From a virus, in the IMG/VR virus record IMGVR_UViG_3300033143_004212, positions 1-64,000 of that record: a stretch of DNA of 64,000 bases; one strand, written 5' to 3'. Under the pieces are notes generated by a model. That model had not been told where the DNA came from, did no database searches, and saw nothing but the letters and a program-made list of their open reading frames with translations. A program made the translations under genes and the position numbers. Of the stretch, positions 29,152 to 41,831 are shown piece after piece. How positions within the stretch are numbered: the stretch's first letter is position 1; every line of letters starts with the position of its first letter.

Positions 29152-30366
29152 ATGGCAAACTTTTTTGATTTATACAAACGAAGAATGGCGATTAAAGGTA
29201 ATTCTTTTTCAGAGAAAATGGAAAAAAATGCTAAAAAGGTATATGATACGTATATGAAAGATGCAAAAATAGAAACTGCTTATATTAATTTAAATACGTA
29301 TGAAGTTGCAATGATTATAGATAAATCTGATGAAACTTTAAAACAATATATAGTTCTTGCAGATAAAGATTCTGTATTTGCAACTGGAGTAGTTTTTGAA
29401 ATAGATTATGTATTTTATATTATTTTACATGAAGAAGAAACTGCTCATGACCAGTATTTTAAAGGTTATGCAAAGAAATGTACTGACAATATAAATATAA
29501 AAACTGAAACAGGATTATATAATTATTGGGTATATGTTGAAGGTGCAAATAAAATTAATATGAAAAGAACTGAAGAAGGCAATATAATTATAGATGACAA
29601 CCAAGAGACTGGTAAAGTTATTATGAATAAAGGAGAAGGTTTTGAAAGTATTAAACCTTTACAAACTAGATTCTTTATAGGACAAGACGTATATAAAGTA
29701 ACTGGAAAAAGTACATTAAGAGATTTAGGATATTTAACAGTACAAAGTGATGATATTAATACATTTAGAGATAATTTTGCGATTGGAATTGCAAATTATT
29801 ATGATGAAGTTACTCCTGAATACAATTACTATATCTCCGCAGAACTTGTTCCAGATGTTGTAATAACAAAAGATACAGAATATGCTATATCAGATATATT
29901 AGAAATTGTAATAAAAGATAATTTAGGTAATCTAGTAAGTAAACCTTATACAATAGATGTAATTGCTACGGAAATTAATATAGATGGAAGTAATATTACT
30001 CCTTTAGAATTGGGAAATCATACTATTTATTTTACTTTAGATGATGATAAAAATTCAAGAGCTACAGTTGTAATTGATGTAGTAAAAGAAGGTACTACTG
30101 TTTATGATTTCACTGGAGAAGATACTTTAATTTGGTCAGAAGAATCTGATTATATTATAACTAAAACAGTCGGTGGAACTCCTACTCCTGCAGTTTGGGT
30201 ATTTACTATTGAACAGGGAGATAGTTTAGTTGACTTAGTAATTATAGATGACTCTTCTTGCACTATTACCGCGAAAGAAGATATAGAAGTTGGAGATGTT
30301 GTTCTATTGGCAAAAAGCGGTGCTGAAGAAGTTAGAAAGAAAATAAGAATTAAAGCATGGTGGTAA
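29152..30366 (+). CDS. Putative head-closure/neck protein with Ig-like C-terminal part
   Basis: Synteny; beta-rich C-terminus. Confidence 0.55.
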   Translation: MANFFDLYKRRMAIKGNSFSEKMEKNAKKVYDTYMKDAKIETAYINLNTYEVAMIIDKSDETLKQYIVLADKDSVFATGVVFEIDYVFYIILHEEETAHDQYFKGYAKKCTDNINIKTETGLYNYWVYVEGANKINMKRTEEGNIIIDDNQETGKVIMNKGEGFESIKPLQTRFFIGQDVYKVTGKSTLRDLGYLTVQSDDINTFRDNFAIGIANYYDEVTPEYNYYISAELVPDVVITKDTEYAISDILEIVIKDNLGNLVSKPYTIDVIATEINIDGSNITPLELGNHTIYFTLDDDKNSRATVVIDVVKEGTTVYDFTGEDTLIWSEESDYIITKTVGGTPTPAVWVFTIEQGDSLVDLVIIDDSSCTITAKEDIEVGDVVLLAKSGAEEVRKKIRIKAWW

Positions 30367-30380
30367 AAGGAGGTTAAAAG

Positions 30381-30875
30381 ATGGAACGCTCAAGAACAAA
30401 TAGAGCAGTTTATAAAATGAATGCAAGTTTAAATAAAATAGCAAGAATACTTGCAGATGATGAAGAATTAAGAAAATTATTATTTTATCCATCAGATACT
30501 TTAGATGATAATTTAGTAGATGTTACTAAAACAGAAGTAATAAATAAATGTACAGATATAGTAGCAAATTATCCTGATAGTATGGAATCTATTGGTGGTT
30601 TTTTAGTTATTGGGATTCCAGAAGGACATAGGAATAAAAATAATCCAAAATATTTTGATATCGTTCTTACTATTGATATAATGGTACATGAGGGCAGTGA
30701 AAAATTTGGAGTAGGATTAAAAGCTCTTGAAATTTTTAATTTAATTGATTATTTGCTTACTGAAACAGATATACAGGGTATTGGTTTATTAAAATTAAAA
30801 GATTTCTTTTATCAAGTTTATACGCCAACTGTAAAAGGTTATACAATTGTTTTTACTAATAGAGATATGAACTAA
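30381..30875 (+). CDS. Putative tail terminator/completion protein
   Basis: LRKLLFY...GIGLL pattern; synteny. Confidence 0.55.
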   Translation: MERSRTNRAVYKMNASLNKIARILADDEELRKLLFYPSDTLDDNLVDVTKTEVINKCTDIVANYPDSMESIGGFLVIGIPEGHRNKNNPKYFDIVLTIDIMVHEGSEKFGVGLKALEIFNLIDYLLTETDIQGIGLLKLKDFFYQVYTPTVKGYTIVFTNRDMN

Positions 30876-32521
30876 TGGGAAGTTTATTTCATAGAGATAA
30901 ATATAATAGAGTTTATAGTTTAATGAGTAAGTATGAAGAAGTAAAAGCTTGATACAGTTATGTAGGTGCTTATGCAAATCATGGATATGATGGAACTAAT
31001 CCATTATATGTTTCTATTTTTTCTTATATAGATGATGGGAATAAAGAAAGATCAACTAATATTAGAGGAACTAGTGCTAGACAATATTATATTTATAATC
31101 AAGGATTATCTTTAGCAGATATAAATATTCCCAAAAGCAGTAAAGAAAAAGTAACATCAGCTTCTCAATTTAAAACTATGCTTGATTCAGAAGTTGATAA
31201 ATATTTATCTAAAGTAGCAGGTAAATATAAAGGTATGCCTGATGCGGTAGCTCATAAAATTTTAGAAAGAAGAGTAAAAGAACATCAAAAAGATTTAGGT
31301 ATACATCCAGTAGGTTCAAATGAAGAATTTAATAGAAGATTCATTAAAGCAGTTTTTAGAAATGCTGAAATCGGTCCTCAAAGAGAGATGCATGATGAAA
31401 TTAAAAAAGCTTTTAAAGGATTACAAACTTTTATTAATAAGAATATAGAGCAAGGTGCCGCAGAAATAAAAGCAAAAAATGATATTGGTTCTGGAAAAAA
31501 AAATTATTATGTTTTAGAAATAAAAAATGGTGTAACAAGATTAGAAAGAGAATATTATAAATTATTAAAAAAATTAGCGATTACTATTTCAAAAGCTTCT
31601 GAAGAGGGTGCGTTAGATGCTGGAGCAGAAGCTAAAATAATTACATTATTAAATTCATTGAAAAGTAAAGTACTTGCTTATGAGAAGAAAGCAAATCGCA
31701 AACCTGTTAAAGGAACTACAATTCGTTATATTAATTCTAATGGAGTAAAAATGGATTTAAAAGATTTAACGGTAGGGAAAGATAAAGATCGTAAATTACA
31801 TTTAATAAATTTGGTTTCAAGTATTTTAGGTAATGCGGCAGGTCTTGGTTATGAAATTTCTATTTTGGCGGCGGCATCAGCCTTGATGGATAGAGGTCAA
31901 AAAGATATAGAAAAATTTAGAGACGTTTCGCATGCTGAAATGAAAGGTAGGATACTTGATTTATTAACAAAAGACTCTCGAACTTTTAAATCAAAAAAAG
32001 GAGCAAAAAAATTCTCAGGAGCGGTTACTGGAGATTTAGTTATAGATGGAGTAACTTCAAAAGCAGACGTAATGTTTAAAATAGAAGACATAGTAAAAGG
32101 AACTCATCAAGAATTTAAAATTTCTGCTAAAAATTATAAGAGTTCTAATTTTAAGCTTCATACTGGAAAAGTACAAAATTTTGCATCAGCTATCGCCGCG
32201 AAAGGGAGAGAAAAAGAAGCTTATATTACACGTTCAATGTTTGATACTATCTCTTGGTATCCTGCTTATTTTAATACTGATGGTAGCGGTAATTATAAAG
32301 GGGATACTCAAAACAATTCTGTATTTAATGTTTTTAGAACAATGCTATTATTGAATTTAGATTATTTTTATGGGTTTGATATAACTCATTTATTTTCTTC
32401 AAGGGATCAAAATCCTACAGCAATAGCAGATGCAATAATGAAAAGTACTATTAAAAGGATTCAAATTAATGGAGATTCAATTAGTTTAACAGTGAAAGCG
32501 GTGAAGAAGGATGTACAATAG
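30875..32521 (+). CDS. Basic 548-aa protein with PD-(D/E)XK-like motif (TGA=Trp at 30950)
   Basis: Translationally coupled ATG 30875 in frame with track ORF; SKADV...FKISAKNY. Confidence 0.6.
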
Positions 32522-33371
32522 ATTAAAATTATTTGGAGCAAGACCTGTTTTTGATAAAGATTTAAAAGTTTATTTATACCCTTTAACACTTAGTTATATA
32601 ATTGATACTTTTGATGAAGAAACTTTATTTTTATTCCCTATGAATATTATTGCAATGGATGAATATGATTTAAAAACACAAGCTAATGAAATAATGGATA
32701 GATCAAGAAGAACTGCTAAACCAATTCGTAATCTTACTTTAACAAGATATGAAATCATTATGATTTATATTATGAATGGGATATCAAGTAATAAACCTGA
32801 ATTATTTGTAGATATGATTAATGGGTTTTTAAGAATATTTGAAGGAATTTTTAAATCAGAATTTGATTTTAATATGAAACTTTTTCAATTTTATTCTAAA
32901 GAACAGATTACGATTGAAAAAATAACATATGAAGAAGATAAAATGGGCAAAATAGTTAAAAAGTATGTAAAAGATTTTTTAATTATAAATGAGAATAACT
33001 TTGAACAAATTTGCGATTCAATAAAAGAAGTAAGTGGTTGGAATATGGGTGCTAATGAAAATAAGCCTGTCTACAATCCGGCAAGTGAGAAGGCAAAGCG
33101 AATAGCTGAAAAATTAGAGATGTCTAGAAAAAAGATACAAGCAATTAAAGCTAAATCATCAGACGAAGTAACACTAACAGACTTAATTTCTGCTTATTGT
33201 ACACAGACAAAAATCAATCCGAATGAAGTAGTCGGCACTTATACTTTATTCCAGTTTTTCTTACAAAGTGCGAGAGAATCCCTATTCTTAGAATACAATA
33301 CGAGTATTCAAGCTATGCTTCATGGGGCTTCCGAAGTTAAATTAAAAAATTGGAGCAAAAAAATAAATTAA
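32511..33371 (+). CDS. Tail-region protein
   Basis: YNPASEKAKRIAEKL...YTLFQ...HGA..KLKNW. Confidence 0.65.
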   Translation: MYNRLKLFGARPVFDKDLKVYLYPLTLSYIIDTFDEETLFLFPMNIIAMDEYDLKTQANEIMDRSRRTAKPIRNLTLTRYEIIMIYIMNGISSNKPELFVDMINGFLRIFEGIFKSEFDFNMKLFQFYSKEQITIEKITYEEDKMGKIVKKYVKDFLIINENNFEQICDSIKEVSGWNMGANENKPVYNPASEKAKRIAEKLEMSRKKIQAIKAKSSDEVTLTDLISAYCTQTKINPNEVVGTYTLFQFFLQSARESLFLEYNTSIQAMLHGASEVKLKNWSKKIN

Positions 33372-33384
33372 GGAGGAACAATCC

Positions 33385-34209
33385 ATGAAATTTGGTATTA
33401 GAGAAGTTGCAAACGTAACTTTTAGAACTTTATCATCTATAGTTATTGGTGGTCAAACTTTCGGTATCGGCGAGCCTGTTCTTTATTTTGACTCTTTAAA
33501 AGCTTCTACTTTAGCAGGAAATGCTAATACGGTATTTGCTATGGGTGGAAGAGGAAATAATAAACTTTTAGGTTGGGACGGAGACAAGGAAATAACATTC
33601 ACTATCGAAGACGCTCTTATTTCTCAAGAATCTTTCGCTATCCTTTCAGGTGCGGACTTAGTATCATATGACGGTTCAGCTACAAAAGCTAAACTTCATA
33701 AAAGAGAAATTTTACAATTAGACTCTTCAGAAGAAGTTACAGTTTCACAAATTATTCTTGAAGATAATGCGGATTTCCCAGTTTTTATGTATCTAAGTAA
33801 TGCAGATGAAGAAATTCTTGATCTAATTATCGATCCTGTTATAAATGTAGACGGAGTTACAGTTGAATTTACTACAGTAACAGTACCTTCATTAGCAGAA
33901 GATGACTGGGTTATAGTTGATTACTACTACGAAAGTCTTAAAGTTGTTAAATCTCTTGTTGTTAAAAATGATTCATTCGGTGGATATTACAAAGTCGAAG
34001 GAGATTCTTTATGGAGAAGAGAAAAAGATGGTGTTGATTTAGCAGCATACTTAACAATTCCTAGAGCAAAAATTAGAACTAACTTTGAATTCTCAATGAC
34101 ACCAGATGGAGATCCATCTACATTCACATTCGAATTAGATGCTTTCCCTACTAGTATTAGTGGTGTTGGAACTAACGTTCTATTCACAATGGATATTGAA
34201 GAAGACTAG
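33385..34209 (+). CDS. Major tail (tube) protein
   Basis: MKFGIREV, GGRGN..L.GW, GDPSTFTF; high-expression codons; terminator follows. Confidence 0.8.
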   Translation: MKFGIREVANVTFRTLSSIVIGGQTFGIGEPVLYFDSLKASTLAGNANTVFAMGGRGNNKLLGWDGDKEITFTIEDALISQESFAILSGADLVSYDGSATKAKLHKREILQLDSSEEVTVSQIILEDNADFPVFMYLSNADEEILDLIIDPVINVDGVTVEFTTVTVPSLAEDDWVIVDYYYESLKVVKSLVVKNDSFGGYYKVEGDSLWRREKDGVDLAAYLTIPRAKIRTNFEFSMTPDGDPSTFTFELDAFPTSISGVGTNVLFTMDIEED

Positions 34210-34281
34210 TATTAAAAATTAAATATTTGGAGAGATTAATTTCTCTCCAATAATTTACTTTAGAGAAGAAAGGATGAATAA

Positions 34282-34560
34282 ATGAAGATAACGTTTAAGG
34301 ATATTATTTGTCAAAGTTTAAGAAATAACCATATACAAAGAATTTTAAATGATTTTGGTATTATTACGCATGATAGAGATCCTCATGATATAATAGAAGA
34401 TGTTGCGGTTGTTTGAAAAATTTTAAAGAAAGAAGAACAAGGAATTGCTATAAAGTATTATTTAGCACAAGCATTAGTAGGAATTAGACATAAATATAAA
34501 TTTGTATTATTAATGGATATGTATACAAGAGAAAACAAGGAGGAACAAAATGAATATTAA
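34282..34560 (+). CDS. 92-aa protein homologous to an internal tape-measure segment (TGA=Trp at 34414); absent from ORF track
   Basis: RDPHDIIEDVAVV[W]KIL...KYYLAQALVGIRHKYKFVLLMDMYTR vs TMP RDLQDVIAELGAKWQGL...KSYIATVIAGTRQQNRFIALMDNYDR. Confidence 0.75.
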
Positions 34561-35107
34561 AAGAATAAAAGAACTTTCTAAAATTGAAAATAACATCAAA
34601 ATGATTAAAGTAGGAAATGAATTTATTAATGTAATTAAATATTTACCATCTGAAAAGAAAATGCTTTTCGTATATGATGTATTAGGCAGAAGTATTATAT
34701 CAGGTAGAGTTAATCCTGTAGCAGTTGATATTTCAGTTTATGTAAATATTGTAATGAATTATTCTGATGTAGAAATAAATTTGGGAGAAGATAACATTTT
34801 TGAAGCATATGATATATTAGTACAAACTGGTATGCTAGATAAAATATTAGAAGCAATTCCTAAAGCAGAAATTGATTTAATGTTTGAGTATGTTAAAGAT
34901 GCGATTGAAACTGAATTAGCATATTTACATTCTGCAAGTGCAGCAATCTCTGATATTGCAAAAACTATAGCAGATAGTGCTATTGGAATGTTAAAGGAAA
35001 ATCCTGAAATGTTAAATGTAAATGAAGTATTGTCAGAATCAAGAGAAGGTGTGGGAATACCAGCACCAGTAGAAAAAGAAAAAGAAATAGTATCGTTAGT
35101 TGAATAA
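34550..35107 (+). CDS. Putative tail assembly chaperone
   Basis: Between tube and TMP; KYLP..KK motif. Confidence 0.5.
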   Translation: MNIKRIKELSKIENNIKMIKVGNEFINVIKYLPSEKKMLFVYDVLGRSIISGRVNPVAVDISVYVNIVMNYSDVEINLGEDNIFEAYDILVQTGMLDKILEAIPKAEIDLMFEYVKDAIETELAYLHSASAAISDIAKTIADSAIGMLKENPEMLNVNEVLSESREGVGIPAPVEKEKEIVSLVE

Positions 35108-35225
35108 TCCGTTAATTCGGATTATTTTTTTTTGCTCTAAATGGATGGGCAATATTATTTAAATATCCTAATAGATTTTTGATTTTTATATAGGAATACA
35201 ATAGATTTTAAAAGGAGGAATTATA

Positions 35226-38200
35226 ATGGCTGATTTTAGATATACCTATGAATTAGCAATGGCAAAGGTCTCTAAAAAACAATCATTGAAGGAATTAGAA
35301 CAATTTTCGGATGCAGTAAGAAAAATTTCACCAGAAATCTCTCCTTTTAGTCAAAAGGATTTAAAAAGACTAGATAGAGATTTAAGAAAGGCTAAAGCTA
35401 CAATTAGCGATACTTTCTCTGGACAACAATATGTTCAATTTGATGAAATGAATAAATCTTTAAAGAAAGCCGGAGTTAATCTACAAGATGTCAATGCGAA
35501 GATAGTCGCAATTAAAAAAGCAGGCAATGCAGTTACTGGAATTACTGGCAAATATCAACAACTAAGCCAACAAATGTCTAAGACTGCAGTGATTCAAGCA
35601 AGAATGAATAAATTTGCGGCAACTTTTGTGAAATTAGTAAATTTCAAAGTTTCAATTGCGGCATATCAATTTGTCACACAACAATTAAGAGAAGCATTAG
35701 AATACACAAAAGAACTAGATAAGACATTAACTGAAATTGCAACAGTTTCAGGTTTTTCTAGAGATCAATTAGAAAAATTTGCGATATCATTCAATAAAAT
35801 GGCTTATGAAATGGGTCGTACTACGAATGAAATGGCTCAAGCTTCAGTAATCTTCTTTAGACAAGGTAAAGAGACTGCAGAAGTTATGCATTTAGTTGAA
35901 GCTACAACTATTGCGGCATCTATTGCGCAAACAGAAATGGCTCAAACGTCAGAATACTTAACAGCTACATTAAATGGTTTTAAATTAGAAGCTACGGATG
36001 CAATGTCTGTAGTAGATAAATTCTCTGCTATTGCTGCTAATGCCGGTACATCATTTGAAGAACTAGCTATTGGTTTAACAAAAGTTGCATCAGGAGCATC
36101 TAATGCGGGAATAGACCTTGACCATATGTCATCTTATATTGCTACAGTTTCTGAAGCAACTAGAGAGACTGCAACAAATGTTGGTACATCTTTCAAAACT
36201 ATTATCGCTCGTATGAGAGGTATTACATCAGAAGGACATGAATCAGCAGATAGCTTAAATAGAGTAGACAAAGCTTTACAAGGATTAAGTATTTCTCTTA
36301 GAGATGATGAAGGTCAATTAAGAGACTTACAAGATGTAATTGCTGAATTAGGAGCAAAATGGCAAGGATTAGACGTAAATACTAAGTCTTATATCGCGAC
36401 AGTAATTGCCGGTACTAGACAACAAAATAGATTCATTGCATTAATGGATAACTATGACAGAAGTTTAGAAATTTTAGAAACTTCTCTTAATAGTGCAGGC
36501 GCGGCTCAAGCACAATTTGGACAATATACAGAAGGTATCGAATATTCAATTAATCAATTAAGAGCTTCTGTAGAAGAGTTATGGCCTACATTACTATCTG
36601 GAGATGCAGTAAAATTCTTAGTTAAAGGGTTAACTGGATTAGTTAAAATGTTAACTTATGTTTCTAAGAATATAGATCATATAGCATTAGTTATGATAGT
36701 CTTTAATAAAGCAATTTCTAAAATGGTTATGAGTGCGCATTTAGGTGCGACTGAAATGTCAACACTTAGTCAATCATTAGTTGTTCATGGAGGACATGTT
36801 AAAAGATTAACTACAACTTATAGAGTACTTGCAAAACAAAGACAAAAAATGAAAACAGATAAATTTGCTGAAACATTCTTATCTAGTAGCGACTGGGAAA
36901 GATATTCAACAGGAGTATCTAAAGCAGCAGAAGCTTATAAAGCAATTTCTGCTCCTATAAAAGATATGACTAGCCAAATGGAAATTTACAAAATTAGTGT
37001 AAATGAAGCAACATTAGCAGTAGAAGAGTTTGGTAGAAAATGGAGTAAAAGTTCAAGAAGAGGAACTAAAGCCGATTTATTCGCAGTAGAAAGAAAAGGC
37101 GAATTTGAAGGACAAAGAGGACTAGATCCAAAAACTTTAAAAATTGAAAATCAAGAACTTTATAATATAAGACTTAAAGCTATGCATTTGAATGAAAAAG
37201 ATACAATTTTATATGAACAACAATTAGCATCAGCGAGAACTCAAGTAGGATTAAAGCAAGAAGCTTTAACAGCACAACAAGCGATGAACCCATTACTTAC
37301 AAGTGCTAGAACAGAACAAGAATTAATGAAAAAAGCAGTCCAAGAGGAAGTTGCTTATAGAAAACAACAAGAAATATTAATAAATAAAGCTAGAAAACAA
37401 CAATTATTAATGAAATCAGCATTAATGCTTTCATTAGTAGTAGTATCTTCTCTTTCTGATGCTATTAAAAATGCAGATGGAAGTATAGAAGATACGAGAG
37501 ATAGAATATTAAAACTTACTAACTCTATTGGTAGCATGTTACTTTTATTAGGTCCACCTATTGGCAAAGCTATTGGTGCGGCTATAATGGTTGGAAGTGC
37601 TTTAATCCAAAAATTATGGAAAACTAATAAAGAAAAATTAGAAGAATTTAGAAATAGTATTAAAGCAGTAAGTGACGAAATAAAAGTATTAGGAGAAATG
37701 GGAGATGCTTATGAAGAGTTAAGAAAGAAAGCCGCCGCAGGTGGTATTAGTTTCTTATCTGGAGAAGAGCAAGAACGACTATATGATTATATGCTAAGAT
37801 TATCAGAATTAGAAGATATTGAAATAGTAGATTACTCTCCTGATGGAAAACCTATTATAGATATGACTAAATCAGTTGAAGAATTAATTGCGGCTAGAAG
37901 AGAATTACTTCAAATAGATAAAGAAGGAATAAATAGTGCTTCTGAATTTAAGAAAAAATGGGAAGAAGCAAGCGATGTAGAAATGATTCAAATGGAGCAT
38001 CTATGGGAATCTCCTGCAGGTGATAACATTGTAGAAGAATTATCTAAGCAAGCAGTTCAAGCAATAAAACTTGAAAAACAATATGAACTTTTAATGGAAA
38101 AATTTACTTTCTTACTCAATGAAACTGCGGAATTTAAAGGCTCTTTCTTAGAGAATTTCGTAAAATATTTTGATACTGGAGAAATTGGACCAGAATTATT

Positions 38201-40953
38201 AACTAATGTTGAAGAAATATATAATACAATTCAAACTGCTTTTGCAAAAAAAGCAAGAGAAGGATTAATTTCTAAGGATGAAGCAAATGAAATTATTAAT
38301 GCTACAATGGGAATAAAAATATATTGAATTAGCAAAAGAAACTAATACTGTAAATGCTTCAACAACAGCATTAATGCAAACTTATAAAGATTTACAAGAT
38401 GCTACTTCAGATTTACGTAGCGCAAGACAAACTTTAGCAGAAGATGAAGAATTAGAAATTGGACAAGTTTTAGAATTAATAGATTCTCATAGTTCATTAA
38501 TTAAATATCTAGATTTAGAAGCTAAAAATTATGGTATTACTGCAAGAGCATTAGCAGAAGCATCTCAAGTTTTAGTACAAACTAGAATTAATGATAATTT
38601 AGCAATTATTGCAGGTATTGATGCAGAGATAGCGGATCAAAAAGTTAAACTTTCTCAAATAACTATTGTTTATAATTTAGCAATAGCAATAAAATGGCTT
38701 AGTAGAGCCAGACTTGATTCAATAAAAGCTAATCTTTACGAAACTCAAGCAAGTATAAGAGGTCTTAAAGAACAAAGAAGTAATGTTTTGAAATTAAATA
38801 CATTACTTGAGAATTATACTATAAAAACAGAGAAAGCATCTAGTGCAACTCAAGCATTTACTTATAGTTTAAAAAAATCTGCATTAGAATTTAAAAATAT
38901 GAATGAATTAGTTGAAGAGTCTAATACAGTTGTTTCACAATTACGTGATACAATTAAAGCTTTAGAAAAAGATATGACAGATGCTGATTTAAGTACTATT
39001 GCTACTTTAGCAGAACATATTAAAGCTTATGATGAAATAAAAGGTGCATTGCTTGGTCAAGCTAGTTTACAAGAAAGTTTAAAACAAGAAGCATTAACAG
39101 GATTAACTCAAATCCTTGCAGGTCTTGATAAAAACATTATTGGAATTAATATTAACGATATTATTATAGACGGAAGAGTCGATAATACTAAATTTAATAA
39201 TTTAGCTAATTTTTTAAAAGAAGAAGTTAATAGACTAAATGCGATAATGAATAGAGGAAAAGGAACTAAAGAATTACAAGAACAACTTAAACTTTATCAT
39301 ACTCTTTATAGTGAAGTTGAAAGCTATAAAGATGCTATAGAAAAAGCTGATTTAGCAATATACAAAACAAATCAAACTCTTACAAAAACTATAGAAGATC
39401 AACAAGCATTCTATGAAAAATTAGTAATTTCTCAACTTGAATACATCCAAGATATATTAGTTGAAAAATATGAAGCCGCTCTTGAATTGATCAAAGAAGG
39501 AAATGAAGCATCTGTTGAAGCGATAGAAAAAGAAAAAGATGCATGGGAAAAATTATTAGAACAACAAAGAGAAAGATTAAAAATAGATAAAGATTTAAGA
39601 GACTCTGAGAGAGAAAGAAGAGATATCTTAATAGAAATTGGAGACAAACAAGCGCTACTTAATAAATTAGCTCTAGATGAATCACAATTTGCTAAAAAAA
39701 GAAAGAAACAATTAACTGAAGGTATAACTAAAAATAGAGAAAAATTAACAGATATTGAATATGATAGAAGTTATGAAAGTAAATTAGGTTCTTTAGAAAG
39801 TTTAAATAAAATTAGACAAGAAGAATTTATAACAAGATTAACAGAATTAGAACAAAGTTTAGCTTTTGAAGAAGCTCGTTATGAAGTTCTTTTAACTCAA
39901 CGTAATATTGAAAAATCTGCTGAAGCTTTACTATTGGCCAAAGGAACTATTATTAGTTTTACTGGAGAAGTAATGACTTTAGATAGTTTAGTTCAAGAAT
40001 TTGGAGAAACACTTTCTAAAACTGGAACTAGAGAACAATTAGAAGGTTTTAATAAGTTTAATGAAGAAATAGTAGCTATAAATGATTTATTAAATGAAAT
40101 GGGAGTAGTTTATGAGGATGTAGTAATTGATTGGAGCCAAATTAAAACAGCTAATTTAGCAGATTTTGAAGCCGATCTTATAGGTGCGGCTGAAAAAGTT
40201 GGATTATCATTTTCAGATTCACTTCTTGAACAATTTAAATTAGGGACTATTAAACTAACAACGCAATTTGGAACTGCAGCGACAGAAATGGAAACAGCAG
40301 TTGGTGAATATGCTAATAGTATATTAAAGATTTATAAATCAATGTTAAATGATATGGTATTTGGAGCAAAAGAAACAGGGAAAAATATTGGAGCTGCTTT
40401 GGAAGATGGAACTGCAGAAGAAATGGATATTGCAGAAGCTGTCTTTGGTAGAGAAGGAGAAGGTAAGGGACTATTAGATGAAGCTTATTGGGAAGGACGA
40501 AATATTGATTTTGCTGTTATTCAAGGTATTAAAGATTCTCGTAAGAAAGGCGGTACTTCTACATGGGTTATTACTCCTGGAAGCGATGAAAACGATTCTG
40601 CTCCTACTGGTGATGGTGTATGAAGACCTCCAAGAGATTTAGGTATAGTTGGTTATCATAATGGTGGAATGGTTAATTTTGATGGAATAGCGGCTGTACA
40701 TGGTGAATCTAGCCCTGAATGGATATTTAATTCTAACCAATTAGAATCTGTTATTAAAATGACTAATGCAAGTATGTTAGGAACTTTATCTAAATTAAAC
40801 ATACCATTAGGTGGGACTGGAGTAACGATTGAAAATCTAATTAAGATTGAAGGAAATGCAACAGAAAACACAATAATAGAATTAAAAAAATTAGCTAAAC
40901 AAATCGCACCAATAGTGGGAAAACAATTAGTTAAACAAATTAAAAAGGTATAG
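35226..40953 (+). CDS. Tape measure protein (TP901-type core); frameshift at ~38315-38327 and TGA=Trp at 40621
   Basis: Long A/L/E/K-rich helical protein; YHNGG...AAVHGE..PEW C-terminus in frame across TGA 40621. Confidence 0.85.
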
Positions 40954-41003
40954 GAGAAGGTTTACCTTCTCTTTATCTTTATTTGAGAAGAAAGGATAAT
41001 ATA

Positions 41004-41813
41004 ATGTTTACAGCAACAGATTTTACTTATAATGGTAGATTAGCAAGTGAATTTGGATTAACAGTTGTTAACGTTGGAACAATTAGTTCTACTCAATCAT
41101 TTGGATTAAATAGACAAATATTAGAAACCCAAAGATTAAGTGGAATAAATTCTTTTCATGGCTTTAGCTATGAACCAATAGAATTTCAAGTGACGTTAGC
41201 GAGAGAGTGTGAATGAGATTACTATACTAGAATAGAAGTTGCTAGATGGTTATTTCAAAATAATTATAAAGAATTAATTAATCCTGATCATCCAGAAATA
41301 ATATATAATGTATTATTTTTTGGAGATAATCCAATAGGATTAGTTGGAAATATTCCACGCTATATTACATTAAATGTAAGAGCGGATGCCCCTTGGGGTT
41401 GGTCAGAAGAATATACTTATGAATACGATTGTGACACTGTTTTAGTAGTAGAATTAGAAAATTTATCTAATTTAAATATGCCAATTTACCCAGAAATAGA
41501 AATTGTTTTAACAACAGGAGAAACGTTATCAATCGATTTTGATACAGATAAAGAATGAAAATTTGTTGATGCAACTTACAGTGGAGATGACTATAATTTA
41601 GTATCAGGAGAAACTATTTATGTAGATAATAATAAAAAAATAATAATTTCAGATCAAACAGGTTCTGAGGATGCGCGAATAAAAAATTTTATTAAAAGCG
41701 ACGCAACAAAAGAAAGAAGTGATTGGTTCTATTTAACAGAAGGAACAAATACATTCACTTTAAATGGGAATGGAGATTTTTCTATAAGAATTAAATTCCC
41801 AATGGTAGCATAG
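41004..41813 (+). CDS. Distal tail protein (Dit)-like (TGA=Trp at 41214, 41556)
   Basis: DFTYNG..ASEFGL, ARWLF, DAPWGWS, IYPEIEI, LTEGTN; directly after TMP. Confidence 0.8.
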
Positions 41814-41831
41814 AGAGAAAGGAGTGAAAAG

